A stretch of DNA of 63,198 nucleotides, filler included, from Octopus bimaculoides (Eukaryota), in assembly GCF_001194135.2 (NCBI RefSeq). It is 8 parts of 6 records of this genome, joined end to end, with 100 filler letters (N's around TTAATTAATTAA, not from the genome) between each part and the next. Parts side by side here need not be neighbours in the genome. Positions count along the whole stretch, not along the records: positions 1 to 15,420 come from NC_068981.1; positions 15,521 to 20,969 come from NC_068982.1; positions 21,070 to 29,396 come from NC_068983.1; 5 more parts are not named here. The stretch is one strand, 5' to 3'. Positions 11,179 through 24,232 of this stretch are shown one piece after another. The position numbers and the translations under genes are program-made. How positions within the stretch are numbered: position 1 is the stretch's first letter; each line of letters opens with the position of its first letter. Below the pieces are notes generated by a model. The model ran no database searches and was not told the origin of the DNA. It worked only from the letters and a program-made list of their open reading frames with translations.

Positions 11179-11506
11179 TGTTGTTGGCACTCCGTCGCTT
11201 ACGACGTCGAGGGTTCCAGTTGATCCGATCAACGGAACAGCCTGCTCGTGAAATTAACGTGTAAGTGACTGATGAGCACTCCACAGACACGTGTACCCTT
11301 AACGTAGTTCTCGGGGATATTCAGCGTGACACAGTGTGACAAGGCTGACCCTTTTGAATTACAGGCACAACAGAAACAGGAAGAAAGAGTGAGAGAAAGT
11401 TGTGGTGGAAGAGTACAGCAGGGTTCGCCACCATCCCCTGCCGGAGCCTCGTGGAGCTTTTAGGTGTTTTCGCACAATAAACACTCACAACGCCCGGTCT
11501 GGGAAT
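11179..11506 (-). mobile_element. SINE family A (runs into a gap)
   Basis: Near-identical to 13088-13463. Confidence 0.9.
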
Positions 11507-11668
11507 NNNNNNNNNNNNNNNNNNNNNNNNNNNNNNNNNNNNNNNNNNNNNNNNNNNNNNNNNNNNNNNNNNNNNNNNNNNNNNNNNNNNNNNNNNNNNN
11601 NNNNNNNNNNNNNNNNNNNNNNNNNNNNNNNNNNNNNNNNNNNNNNNNNNNNNNNNNNNNNNNNNNNN

Positions 11669-11715
<47 letters not shown>

Positions 11716-12424
11716 ATCAACAACAATAATAATGAGGATTATTACGAAGTTGCATAACGTTACCTTTAATTCTTTTTACACACACATTAAAAGAAATAGA
11801 AAGTGTGAGCTAGTCTGACAAACAGAAAACTTGCTAGTGTAGTTAGTTACCTGTTAATCAATCATTTGTTTTTACCTGTCATTGTAATCCAGTTTCACAT
11901 ATTGAGTATTAGTGTTGAAACCTTAAAGGTTAAAAGTAAAAAGAAATACCCCCATACCTCACATCATACTCTTCATCATCATCATCATCATCATCATCGT
12001 TACTGTTGCGATCTGTATGTCTGTCCGTTTGTCTGCTGGTCGGTTATCGTCTGGTCTTGTCAATTAAGCTCTGACTGCATGTATTTTTTTCTTTCTGTTG
12101 TATTTATGTATCTATATGTTTTGTGGGAAGTGTGATGTGTATTTGTGTAAGCGTGTCTGTGTATATTCGTGTGTGTGTGCATATGTGTTCTGTTCGAACT
12201 GTTTTTATTTATTAATTAATCAAAGAGGCAATGTCAACCTTTGAAGCCCTCCTAGATCGGAGAAATCGATGAGGTTGCCAGTCCATTTGAACGAAAGTTG
12301 TTTGACGGTTTGTGAAGAAGAAAAGCTACAACCCAACTCACTCGATAAAAAAAAAGAATCATTGGCATTCCATTTGAACAAAAGTAGTTTAAAAATGCCG
12401 AACTAAATAATAATTTAAAAAAAA

Positions 12425-12655
12425 AACACGTGGGCCTGGAAAGAATTCTGAAGGTTTGACTGTTTTAGGGAAAACGTGAACCTCGAGAGAATTCTTGAGT
12501 TTTCTACAATTCTCAAGAAGAACGTGGACCTGGGGAGAATTGTTAGGAAAAACATGGACATGGAAAGAATTCTAGAGGCATACAGCTTTCGGGAAAAATG
12601 TGAACCTTGAGGGAATTCTTTTTAGGTGTGAAGCTTTCAAGATGAACGTGGTATC
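12425..12655. repeat. Degenerate tandem repeat (aacgtggacctggaaagaattct core, about 6 units of variable length)
   Basis: Recurrent aa(c/t)gtg.ac/cct.ga.agaatt blocks. Confidence 0.6.
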
Positions 12656-13087
12656 TGTTAGGTTCTTTGGTACCACCAAAGTATTTGGTGGTACCAAGAA
12701 GAACTGAGCACTGATGTGTAACGTAGAATGTAAATATCGAGTAGATCTGGAGGATCAGAACGATCCTGATATTACTGAAAAAGTAAAGAGCTATTTCAAA
12801 TTGATATCTGAAGTGACAGTTCCTCCTTTGGTTTGGAGAAATCTATCTATCTATCTATCTATCTCTCTAATCTACCTACTCACCTACATGTCTGTGTTTG
12901 TATATAGATATAAGTATATGCGAATATCTATCTGCCTAAGACATACCTCACGAAACCACAAACTCGTTCTCATCCCCATTTCACCCAAAACACTGCAACA
13001 CAGTCGGCTTTATAGTCCTTGGGTTACACATTAAATATTACATTGCAGCCAGCCTTGGTTAACTGTGACGATGGTTTCGACAAATAT

Positions 13088-13463
13088 TGTTGTTGGCACT
13101 CCGTCGCTTACGACGTCGAGGGTTCCAGTTGATCCGACCAACAGAACAGCCTGCTCGTGAAATTAACGTGCAAGTGGCTGAGTACTCCACAGACACATGT
13201 ACCCTTAACGTAGTTCTCGGGGATATTCAGCGTGACACAGTGTGACAAGGCTGACCCTTTTGAATTACAGGCACAACAGAAACAGGAAGAAAAAGTTGTG
13301 GTGAAAGAGTACAGCAGGGTTCGCCACCATCCCCTGCCGGAGCCTCGTGGAGCTTTAGGTGTTTTCACTCAATAAACACTCACAACGCCCGGTCTGGGAA
13401 TCGAAACCGCGATCCTATGACAGCGAGTCCGCTGTCCTAACCACTAGGCCATTGCGCCTCCAC
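13088..13463 (-). mobile_element. SINE family A, near full length
   Basis: Minus-strand head gtggaggcgcaatggcctagtggttagg...ggtttcgattccc. Confidence 0.9.
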
Positions 13464-14115
13464 CTTTGACAAATATAGCAGAACACTTTTGAAGCATAAG
13501 AGAAAGAAAAAAAAAATAACTAAAATAAAAACAAACCAGAAAACCAACAAATTGCAGATGGTTACTGAAATGAAAAGATGGCGGCAATAACCACGAAGAA
13601 GATAATGATGATGTTGACGTTGATGAGGATGAGATCGGTGGTGAAGATGTAAAAGTGCTATTACATATGTGGGATTATTTATCAGCATACTGTTGTTTCC
13701 TTTTTCAATTACGCGCGCGCGTGTAAATGAATCGATTTAAAAGAATTTAGTGATATATTGGTGTCAGTTAGTGATGACTAGAGTGAAAGTGAAAGGATAA
13801 TTGAGAGTTAAGCTGTGAAACTAGTACTCGACTGTTCACCCAAGTTAAGCAGCATCGAGCCTAGTTAGTACTTAGATGGGTGACCGTTTGAGAAACCTAG
13901 GTGCTGTAAGCAAAACCTTTTATCAGGCACAGGAATGGCTGTGTGGTTAAGAAGTTAACTTTGCAGCTACTTGATTTCGGGTTCAGTCCCACTGTGTGGC
14001 ACCTTGAGCAATTATCTTCTACTATATAGCCTCGCGTTACAGAAATAATACTTCCAAAAAAAAAAAAAAAGATTATCATATGTACCCCAATTATGCAAAT
14101 TCACTAAAAATATTC

Positions 14116-14323
14116 TTTTCTAGGCACAAGGCCCGAAATTTTTGGGGAGGGGGCCAGTCAATTAGATCGACACCAGTACGCAACTGATACTTAATCTATC
14201 GACACCCGAAAGGATGAAAGGCAAAGTCGACTTCGGTTGAATTTGAACTCAGAACGTAAAGACAGACGAAATACCGCCAGGCATTTCACTCGGCGTGTTG
14301 ACGTTTCTGCCTGCTCGCCGCCT
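14116..14323 (-). mobile_element. SINE family D
   Basis: About 90% identical to 30385-30585. Confidence 0.9.
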
Positions 14324-14629
14324 TATTCACTAAAAATATTGCATACAATAACAGACATTGATTGTCAAAATTTCCTGTCTGGTTTGTTGTATATAATGGC
14401 GTATTTAGAAATAAAAGACAGTTAAAAACTGATATATATTTTGAGCTGGCATGAAATAATGGGTTATGCTCTAGTTAAGTTAATCAAAGAGAGTTGAATG
14501 TTACAAAAAGAACGAGTGGAGTTGATTCATTCTAGTTTCCGACAAATTAAATATCAAAAGTAAATATTCAATACAGTGACTAGGAGTAATATCTGGAGTT
14601 AGCTATCATAAATGTAGCATGTCCGGGTA

Positions 14630-14840
14630 CAGCTTGGTTAAAAGTCAACAGCGTTGGAGAGCATAAGCATTAAAGTTATAGTTGAGAAAAAAGTTAACTG
14701 ACATGAAGGACTGGAAGCCATCTGAATATTGGAAACGAGTTACCTGTATCATGATGATTTGCATTGGGCATCAAAATGTCAATACCATGATTGCCGTTCA
14801 ATGCTCTGTAAACACTAAAGGCTATAAGATGTGACATGCG
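14630..14840 (+). mobile_element. 5' fragment of the same DD37D/maT family
   Basis: Similar to the reverse complement of 10900-11150; MKDWKPSEYWKRVTCIMMICIGHQNVNTMIAVQCSVNT. Confidence 0.65.
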
Positions 14841-14849
14841 ATCTTTCTG

Positions 14850-15420
14850 ATTTGGCGGGCGCCAGTTATTTTCTTAACGAAACACTATAAAACTTGGGAC
14901 ACTGGTAGAATGTGTTATATAAAGCATCTTTTACTCTTAGTGTTATTGAAATTTTTTTTACCTTTTTAAAGTTATTTCGTGTTGAAATTGTCGTATTTTA
15001 GGGTTTTAGGGTTAGAGTTCGGGTTATGAGTACTTTTGCCAAATTTGGTGAAAAATTTGTGGCGGTGTATTGAACAGATTTTCACCAAATTTGGCAAAAA
15101 TACTCATAACCCTAACTCTAACCCTAAAGCCCTAACACTAACCTTAACTCTAAAACCCTAAAGCTAAAACCAGTACAAACGCACGAACGATGTCATAAAT
15201 AACAGTACCGCCGATAGTTGTTGTTGACAAACAACGACATTAATTTTATTCAAGGGAAAAGATCCCATTACACCGCACAACGTTTTGTTGACAATCCATA
15301 GCAGTAATTGTTTTCACCTTAATAGACGTCAGTGATTGGTTGAAATTACCGAAATACGACAACTTTTGACATGAAATAACTTCGAATATAAAATTTTTTC
15401 TCTGTTCTATAAGACAAAAT
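14850..15420. mobile_element. Fold-back DNA element with an internal telomere-like hairpin
   Basis: Outer inverted repeat 14968-14999/15352-15382; inner ~58-nt arms at 14996-15054 and 15079-15135 with degenerate TTAGGG/CCCTAA units. Confidence 0.65.
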
Positions 15421-15520
15421 NNNNNNNNNNNNNNNNNNNNNNNNNNNNNNNNNNNNNNNNNNNNTTAATTAATTAANNNNNNNNNNNNNNNNNNNNNNNN
15501 NNNNNNNNNNNNNNNNNNNN
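15421..15520. other. Assembly gap with synthetic TTAATTAATTAA pad (also 21014, 29441, 31901, 38032, 54567, 60454)
   Basis: The identical 12-mer is centred in 100-base N blocks seven times. Confidence 0.95.
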
Positions 15521-15930
15521 TCACATCACACCACACTACACCATATCACAACACCACTTCACAACACACCACCATGCAAACACCAGCACTGACCAATTCC
15601 CATCCCCACATTTTCACACCTTCACACCTACACACACACATGCATACGTTAAGATCACCAGCATTCTCTCACACACACGCACCTTTGTTTTGGGATCACT
15701 ACTTTTTTGTTATCTCCCCTTCTTCTTAACTTCCTGTGTGATCCTTCTGTCTGGAATTTGCCATGATAGATCGCTGACCACTACACATATATTTTTCTTC
15801 TCTCCTTGTTTCTTTCTGTGTTCCTTTCTGTTGAAGAGCGTAGGCTTGAAACATTAAAGACTTTCTCTATTCCTGAGCATTATACTAATACATCAATTTA
15901 TTGTTTACATCACTTGTCTTCATCTTCTCC
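15521..15930 (+). mobile_element. Putative Penelope-like 3' end (pLTR) containing a hammerhead-like motif at 15824-15859
   Basis: CA-rich then CT-rich tract, followed by cttt CTGTTGA a GAGC gtag GCTT GAAAC ATT aaag. Confidence 0.55.
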
Positions 15931-16277
15931 TATATATATATTCTATATAGAAGATAATATAGCTGGCTAGACCCAATATAAAACCAACAAGGAAAAATTC
16001 AATTGTCACTAATAGTGATTGAGGTGGAGGGTAGCACCTACATTGCTAGAAACAAGTGTCAAAGACCCTTAGAGCCATAAAAAGCACTGTTCCACAGTGA
16101 GCAAAATTTACATAGAAATAAATACATTAAGCAATCTTTTTTAACTAATCTAAATAAAGAAAGAGCAATAATGATACAAATGTGATAGACAAAAAACTAG
16201 GTGTTAAAGATGAACGAGTTATTAATAAGTACAGGTCTAAATCTGTAGATACTGAATATGTGGCTGGTATAAATAAC

Positions 16278-16307
<30 letters not shown>

Positions 16308-16308
<1 letters not shown>

Positions 16309-19060
16309 GAGAAAAGATCTGTCAATCCTTAATGAAACTAGTAGACATTTAACACTACTAAGCAACAAGAAGAGAACAAAAATACTGTGCAAATATAAAA
16401 GTACAGAAAAAGGTTTACCTGAGGTAAAAGAACAACTAAAGCAAGATATACTTGCCAAAGCATAAAGGATCCACCGGTGTGAGAAACGCCGATGTTTCTT
16501 TCAACAAAACAAACAGTTCAATTCCAATCCCAAAAGATTCTACCAAGAACTTGGCAAAAATAAAATAGACATCAATCCAGCACCAACAGCAGAAGATGAG
16601 GAAGAATTTTGGAAAGAAAAATGGTTGGTGAAGGAACAACCTCAGAAAAGGTCTAACAAAACAATGAACTCAGCACCTGAACAACTCTGGACCCCTATAA
16701 CAACTGAAGAGGTCACCCAGGTACTACAAAAACTAAGCAAGTGGAAGGCACCCAGGCACAATAAGATCCCCAACTTCTGATTAAAATATCTGACAGGAAC
16801 ACATAAAAAGCTGGCTGAGAAATTTAATGACATACTAGCAGGGCCAGAGACAATGCCTGAATGGCTCACAGAAGGGAAAATTATCCTAATTCCCAAATCC
16901 ACTGAAACAGCAAACCCACTAAATAACAGACCAATAAATTGTCTCCCTACAATTTACAAAGCCATTACTGCAATATTGCAGAGAATGAGCAAGCATTTGG
17001 ATGAAAACAACCTGTTTCCAGAAGAGCAGAAGGGATGCTGCAAGGGCTCATGTGGCTGTAAAGATCAACTAATGATCAATAAAGCCATAACTGAAGACAG
17101 CTGCAGAAAGAAGAAGGGTCTAAGTATGGCCTGGATTGATTACTGAAAGGCTTTTGATAGTATTCCCCATATCTGGATCCTAGAAACACTAGCCATGAAC
17201 AAGGTAACACTAATGATCATAAAATATATAAAACATTCCAATGGCAGACAGTGCTACAGCTCCAGACAAAAGAGGGACTCATAAAAACCAAAGCCATCCC
17301 TGTTAGAAGAGGAATATTCCAGGGAGACAAGCTCTCTCCACTCCTTTTCTGCTTGGCACTGACACTTTTATGCTAAACAGAACTGGATGCAGATACAACT
17401 GTTATGGCAAAAAATTGGCCATTTCTTATATATGGATGATCTAAAACTGTATGCTACAAATGATAAACAGCTGGAAACATTACTACAGACAGTACATGGA
17501 TTTTCCAAAGAAATAAATATGAAATTTGGCTTAGAAAAATGTGCCAAAGCAACTTTGAAAAGAGGAAAACTAATTAAGAGTAGCAGCATCACACTAGATA
17601 AAGCAAATGAAATAAGAGAATTAGACCAAAGCCAGACATACAAATATTTAGGAATCAAAGAACTAAATACAATACAACACACACAAATGAAAGAGAAAAT
17701 TTTTAAAAAATACTATAGATGACTTAGATTAATACTGAAAACAGAGCTCAATGCGAAAAACAAAATAATAGGTATTAACACTTTAGCTATCCCAGTTGTA
17801 AGTTACAGCTACAATATCCTTTACTGGACACTAAATGAACTAATCAAAATAGACAGGAAAATGAGAAAAATAATGACAGGATTTAGGATGCACCACCCAA
17901 AATCTGCCATAGAAAGGTTATATATACAATGTATAGAAGGTAGTAGAGGCCTTATACAGCTGGAAAACTATTACAAAATAACCACCATAGGTCTAGAGAA
18001 ATACTTACTTCAGAAGCAAGGAAAACTTATACAAATAGCTACAAAACACAAACAAAACAAAAAACTGTTTTCAGTCTTTAAAGAAGCTGACAAATACAAA
18101 CAAGAAGTCACACTACCTAACAATTATGAAGAAAAAGAAGAAACAACAAAAGCTGTATAACAGGAAATCCAAACTAAAACTAGAACCACAACAGATCATG
18201 ATAAAAACAATGGCAAGAAAAGGCCCCTCATGGCAAATACTGGGTTAAACTAAAAGCAAAAAAAATAGACAAAGCAAAATCCCAACAATGGCTGAGAAGC
18301 TCAGGACTCAAAGCAGAGACTGAAAGATTTTTAACTGCAGCGCAAGACCAAAGCCTCCCCATCAGAAATTACCAAAAACATATAATAAAAGAAATATAAC
18401 AAGTAACTGCAGAATATGTGGAGATGGACAATAAACAATAAATCATATTGTCTCTGGCTGTCCAGTCCTGTCTAAGAAGGAATATATTCACAGACACAAC
18501 AGAGTTAGGACCTACATATACTGGAAGCTATACTAACACTATGGAATAACAACAGAAAACAGATGGTATAGGCACACGTCAGAAAAGGTCACAGAAAACG
18601 AAAAAGCAACCATACCAATACACACAGATAGAGAAATTAAGGCTAATAGGCCAGATATAATTGTCAGAGATCATGAAGAAAAAAATGTTTTCTAATTGAT
18701 GTATCAATACCAGCAGATGGCAATGTTTCTCTAAAAGAAATGGAGAAACTTTCAAAATACAAAGACCTAGAAATAGAGGTAATTCGAATGTGGAATCTAA
18801 AAACAGAAACAATTCCTATCATAGTGGGCACATTAAGTATAATAAAAAAATATTCAGACAAATACATAACAAAACATCAGGACTTACAAATATATATAAC
18901 ATACAGAAAATTGCATTACTGGACACTGCACACATCCTATGCAAAACACTTTCAATACAGTAACCATAAGAGCATCACAGCAAACCACAGCACATACCTA
19001 AGGCACACAAAGCTGCACTCGGTAGTGCAGGGAAAGCACGTTATAAAAATAAGACTATTG
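16308..19060 (+). mobile_element. R4/Dong-type RLE non-LTR retrotransposon, 5'-truncated and pseudogenised
   Basis: RT motifs NRPINCLPTIYK, QKGCCKGSCGCKDQL, AWIDY*KAFDSIPH, RGIFQGD.LSPLLF, HFLYMDDLKLYA; CCHC CRICGD...HIVSGC; RLE RPDIIVRD...LIDVSIP. Several stops and frameshifts. Flanked by (AAT)n at 16278-16307 and 19061-19095. Confidence 0.92.
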
Positions 19061-19097
19061 AATAATGATAATAATAATAACAATGATAATAACAACC

Positions 19098-19308
19098 CTT
19101 TCTATTGGAAACATAAGGCTTCAAATTTGGGGGAAGGGATTAAGTCGATTACATCGACCCCAGAGCATAACTGGTACTTATTTAATCAACCCCAAAAGGA
19201 TGAAAGGCAAAGTCAACCCTGGCGGAACTTGAACGCAGAACATAGCGGCAGATGAAATACTGCTAAGCATTTCGCTCAGCGTGCTAACAATTCTGCCAGT
19301 TCGCTGCT
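19098..19308 (-). mobile_element. SINE family D
   Basis: Family D core; its tail side abuts the (AAT)n tract. Confidence 0.85.
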
Positions 19309-19439
19309 TTATAAGAATAATAAAAAAAATTAAGATTAAAAATTACAGTAAGAAAAAACTCAATATTAATAAAGTTATTAATAAAGTTAATAATAAAAGT
19401 GTATATAAATAATTGAAAGAATATCATTTGCTATAATGC

Positions 19440-20265
19440 TCCATTGTCATATTCAAAAGTAACCAATATCCCTCAAAAATTCTTTGCTGCACCAGATAAG
19501 TATTTCTCACCTTCAAGTAAACATGGGAAATCATTTAATTGCTGTAGTATAAAGTTTTTATATTTAATCACCAGAAATTTAGCTGAGATTATAGCAGCAC
19601 ACAAACAGAGAATTAGGGAATATTTTAATTCTACCTCTATAAACAAGAGTAGAATAAATAATGAGTATTGTGAAATTAACTCTAATGATAATTTCTTTTT
19701 TAACAAGGTTTTGATTCTATTAGGAATTACGACTCTAATAACTTCAATATTAATTGTAATAATAATAATTCCAACTTAATGCCTAATTTGGAGAGGAAAA
19801 CTAGTAGAAATCCTTTTAACTGAGTATCTAATACAAGTGAATAAATGCCTATGTAATTGTAAAAACAAAATATGCCCTATAGAAAATCAGTGTTTAAGGA
19901 AAAATATAGTCTATCAGTGCAAGGTAATAACAGCGGATCATAAGTATTATTACACTGGTTCATCTGCTACAATTTTGAAATCGAGATTTTATAATCATTC
20001 TCATTCATTTAAGAAGAAGTAATTCTACAATTCTTAGTATACGCATTAGGGATTTAAAAGATAGGAGCATTAAGTATGATTTCAAGTGGTCCAATTATTA
20101 GTTATGCTCCATCGTACAATATTGGTAATTCTATATGTGATTTTTGCCTTGAAGAAATGTATTATATAATTACTTCTAAAATAATTTTATTGAATTTTAA
20201 TAACTTCACAATAAGATGTTGCCATAAATTTAGAAAGACATTCAAATATTTCAATTCTTAATTAT
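19440..20265 (+). mobile_element. Penelope-like element C-terminus with GIY-YIG endonuclease (decayed)
   Basis: KVTNIPQKFFAAPDKYF...; CNCKNKICPIENQCLRKNIVYQCKV...YYYTGSSATILKSRFYNHSHSF; YAPSYNIGNSICDFCLEE...CCHK. Confidence 0.85.
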
Positions 20266-20770
20266 AATAGCTTTTCATACATTATATAAAAAATTAATTC
20301 TTCTAAAAGCTTTAATACGTTTAATAAGTAGATACCTAAATGTGATGTAAAATTTTTGTTTCTAATAATCATAACATAGAATTCTTACGTTTATCTTTTA
20401 TTCTTTAGTTATCCAGTGATGTCAACAATACAAGAATGGCCTTTTTAGATTATATTTCTCTGTTTCTAATCTTTGTAATGTAGAACTCTTATGTTTCTTC
20501 TATTATTTTGTTATCCACTGATTTCACCAATAGCGGAATACAAAAATGACCTTTCTTAAATACATTTATTTTTAATTTTTATAAATTCTTTTGTTATACA
20601 CTGATGCCATCATTAGTTAATTACAACAATGTCTTAAAATTGAATTCCCTTTAAGCATTCATTTTGTAGGTGTTTGTGTACTGGTAGTATTTAATATTTG
20701 ATATGCTCAATTTGAATTTCACTTATTTTGGATTGCTTTGATAACATTGCATTAACATATATGTATATAT

Positions 20771-20969
20771 AAGCATGCCCTGGCAAAACCCCTCCAGATC
20801 CTCTTCCAGAGCTTTCTCGCAAACGGAAGACTGCCAAGCAAGCTGAAGGAGGGAATAATATGCCCAATCCATAAAGGGGGAAGCAGAGCAGATGCCAAAA
20901 ACTATAGGCCTATCTCTCTGACTTCACACATCAGCAAAGTCATGGAAAGGATAATCAGAGGAAAACTGA
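20771..20969 (+). mobile_element. CR1/L2-like LINE RT fragment
   Basis: Uninterrupted frame KHALAKPLQILFQSFLANGRLPSKLKEGIICPIHKGGSRADAKNYRPISLTSHISKVMERIIRGKL; runs into a gap. Confidence 0.85.
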
Positions 20970-21070
20970 NNNNNNNNNNNNNNNNNNNNNNNNNNNNNNN
21001 NNNNNNNNNNNNNTTAATTAATTAANNNNNNNNNNNNNNNNNNNNNNNNNNNNNNNNNNNNNNNNNNNNG

Positions 21071-21094
21071 GGGGGGGACAAACACAGACACACA

Positions 21095-21134
<40 letters not shown>

Positions 21135-21320
21135 TACAACGGGCTTCTTTCAGTTTCCGTTTACCAAATCCACTCACAAGGCTTTGGTCATCCCGAGGCT
21201 ATAGTAGAAGACACTTGCCCAAGGTGCCACGCAGTGGGACTGAACCCGGAACCATGTGGTTGGTAAGCAAGTTACTTACCACACAGCCACTCCTGGGCCT
21301 ATATAGCCACTCCTGCGCCT
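21071..21320 (-). mobile_element. SINE family B (5' part)
   Basis: Reverse complement of 7599-7820. Confidence 0.9.
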
Positions 21321-21529
21321 ATAAGATGTTCACATATGTGGAACAGAATTCATCATTGAGGCAGATCTTCTATGGTTGGATGCTTTTCATGTTACTAATC
21401 CTTAACTGCTTCCAATTAAGATAAGATTTCCCCTTGGCCAGACATGTTTCCACTAAAGTTTGGAAGTAGACACCATTACCTTGTATAATGGTGATGTAGC
21501 AATACACAAAAATATATCCATTGATGTTC

Positions 21530-21845
21530 CGGAAACATCTTCAAGCACAGGATCCCAGAGAGACGATACGTCACGTCCTTGGCCAGTCATGTGTGGTGCC
21601 TGAAGGACGAAAGGACTCTGCGCATAATCTCATGGAAGATCCTAGAAGAACCAGGCTCCTACATCAATGGGAGCAAGCGTTGCAAACTGTGCATAACTGA
21701 ATGGACGAGAATATCAAAGAACTCCCTTGACCTGAGGAACATCTGAAATTCCAGGATGGAAGTCTTCTGACCCTGCTTACACTTCTGGAGATTCCTACTG
21801 AAGTCCTGGAACCCACAAACCAACCACGTTGACTATCGATAGCAG
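21530..21845 (+). mobile_element. Penelope-like GIY-YIG C-terminal fragment (GC-richer family)
   Basis: FKHR...YVTSLASHVWCLKDE...ISWKILEEPGSYINGSKRCKLCITE...NSRMEVF*PCLH. Confidence 0.75.
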
Positions 21846-22109
21846 TATGAGGGAGACAACCCTTTGCGCTTAACCCTTCTCCTTTGTCCGCACATTCAAT
21901 AAGTAGCTACAAGGTCTTTTCTCCCTTCACTTTCAAGAGAGGTTATAGGCCACCGGCCATTAGAGTCTGCAGAAACACTGTAAAGCTAAGGGCTTTATGG
22001 GCATAAAATCCAGGGTAACCCTATAGACCGGCCATAACTATCTTTATCTAATTACTCTACTGTTATATAACTTAGAGTGTGCTTCTCTTTCAGATTTATG
22101 ATTTACTGA

Positions 22110-22141
<32 letters not shown>

Positions 22142-22143
<2 letters not shown>

Positions 22144-22710
22144 TCTTTTACTCTTTTACTTGTTTCAGCCATTTGACTGCAGCCATGCTGGAGCACCGCC
22201 TTTAGTTGAGCAAATCGACCCCAGGACTTATTCTTTGTAAGCCTAGGACTTATTCTATCGGTCTCTTTTTGCTGAACTGCTAAGTTACGGGGACGTAAAC
22301 ACACCAGCATCGGTTGTCAAGCGACGGTGGGGGGACAAAGACAGACACACAAACACACATACATAAATATATATATATATACATATATACGACGGGCTTC
22401 TTTCAGTTTCCGTCTACCAAACATACTCACAAGGCTTTGGTTGGCCCGAGGCTATAGTAGAAGACACTTGCCCAAGGTGCCACGCAGTGGGACTGAACCC
22501 GGAACCATGTGGTTGGTAAGCAAGCTACTTACCGCACAGCCATTCCTGCGCCTATATATAAACAAAGGGCCCTTTCTGTTTTCATCTACCAAATCCACTC
22601 ATAAGGCTTTGGTCGGCCTGTGGTATAGTGGATGACTTGCACAAGGTACCATTCAGTGGGACTGAACCTTGAACCATGGGGTTGGGAAAGAAAATTTCTT
22701 ACCACACAGT
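22142..22710 (-). mobile_element. Full SINE family B copy (22142-22552) plus a degenerate head fragment
   Basis: Reverse complement of 7599-8000. Confidence 0.9.
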
Positions 22711-23261
22711 GATGCCAGCATCTACTGTATAATTTCTGTTAACATTAGCCCATCACTGGTTTCACAGATTTTAAAAACTTTTTTTCTGTAACTAACAGTT
22801 AAAAGTAAATAGGTGTGTTTTAGTGGATTTGATCAATAAATCTAATTCTATAAAGTTCAGCTCAATAGACTGTAAGGAGTCTACATCAAATCTTGTGGAA
22901 TGCCATCTGTTATGGACAAGCATGCTATCCAAGTGAGTAATACTGTTTTCCTTTGTCCCCACTTAAATCTATGAAACCAGCAGCCAAGCTAAATATCACT
23001 CTATGCAAGCAACTTGCAGATAATTTAGATTTTATGAAGTAAATCAGAAAAACAAATATGTACGAAATTCAGTGTTACCAGTTCCAAATATTTCAAAACT
23101 TATACTACACTTGATATGAGCATAAACTTCAATGGTCATCTTTGATGTAATTATAGGTTGGTTTGAGTACAAAATTGGCCAGTCATTCCACTGAAAAAAA
23201 AAACAACATAGAAATAAAATCATACAAGTACACAAGCACATAAACCACCCTCACACACACC

Positions 23262-24232
23262 ATCATCATCATCATCATCGTTTAACGTCTGTTTTCTATG
23301 CTGGCATGGGTTGGACAGTTTGACAAGGAGCTGTCCAACCTCCAATTGTCTGTTGTGACATGGTTTCTACGACTGGATGCCCTTCTTAGTGCCAACCACT
23401 TTACAGATTGTGCTGGGTGTTTCTACACGCCACCACCATGGGTGCATTTATGCAGTACCAGTACAAGTGCATTTCATGTGTTACCAGCTCCTACAAAGGA
23501 CAAACCAGTATATATATGGAAGACCGTAATTTTACTTAGCTTGGCATGTCTTTTCAAGTACAGCAAAACCATCACAACTCCTGGTCCCTTGTCCTTTCCT
23601 CAGTGTAGCCTAGCATCCAAAGATCCTTTCTCGCCACTTCATCCCATGTCTTCCTGGGTGTATTCCTTCCACAGATTCCCTCTTCAGTTAGAGCTCAGCA
23701 CTTCTTTACACAGGTATCCTCATCCATACGCATCCCGTGATCATACCAGCACAAACTTCTCTCTTGCACACAACATCTGATGCCTCTTATACCCAGTCTT
23801 CCTCTTAAAATCCTTTACACTCTCTCATGCATGCACACTGACACTACCCATCCACTGGAGCATGCTAGCTTCATTTCTTTCAAGTTTTTGCAATTCCTTT
23901 GTGGTCACAGCCCATATTTCACTGCCATGTAACATACTGTATATACACAGGCATCATACAACCTGCCTTTCACTCTGAGATAGAGACCCTTAGTTACCAA
24001 CAAGGCAGAGGCCCCTGAACTGTGCCTAACCCGTTCTTATTCTAGCAATTACACTTTCATACCTTCTTCCTCCATTGCTAACTTGATCCACGAGGTAACA
24101 GAAGCTATCTATAACTTCTAATGATTCCTCTGAGCATTTGAGGGATTTTATTGTCTGCGCATTTTTAATGCTTATTGTACCTGCATATTTGCCATACACA
24201 AAGACTGTTTTCGCCATTAACCTTCCTGTTGC
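23262..24232 (-). mobile_element. RTE-clade LINE 3' part (ORF remnant 23532-24232 plus a (GAT)n-tailed 3'UTR)
   Basis: LEVIDSFCYLVDQVS...SMLHGSEIWAVT...LERNEASMLQWM...RKTWDE; the UTR resembles family C. Confidence 0.85.

Noticed and set aside
11266-11290. CTGATGAG inside a family A SINE
   Set aside because: A 3-bp insertion in one copy; no stem II or GAAA.
16308-19060. R4/Dong element as an active or domesticated gene
   Set aside because: 5'-truncated with multiple in-frame stops and frameshifts in the RT and RLE regions.
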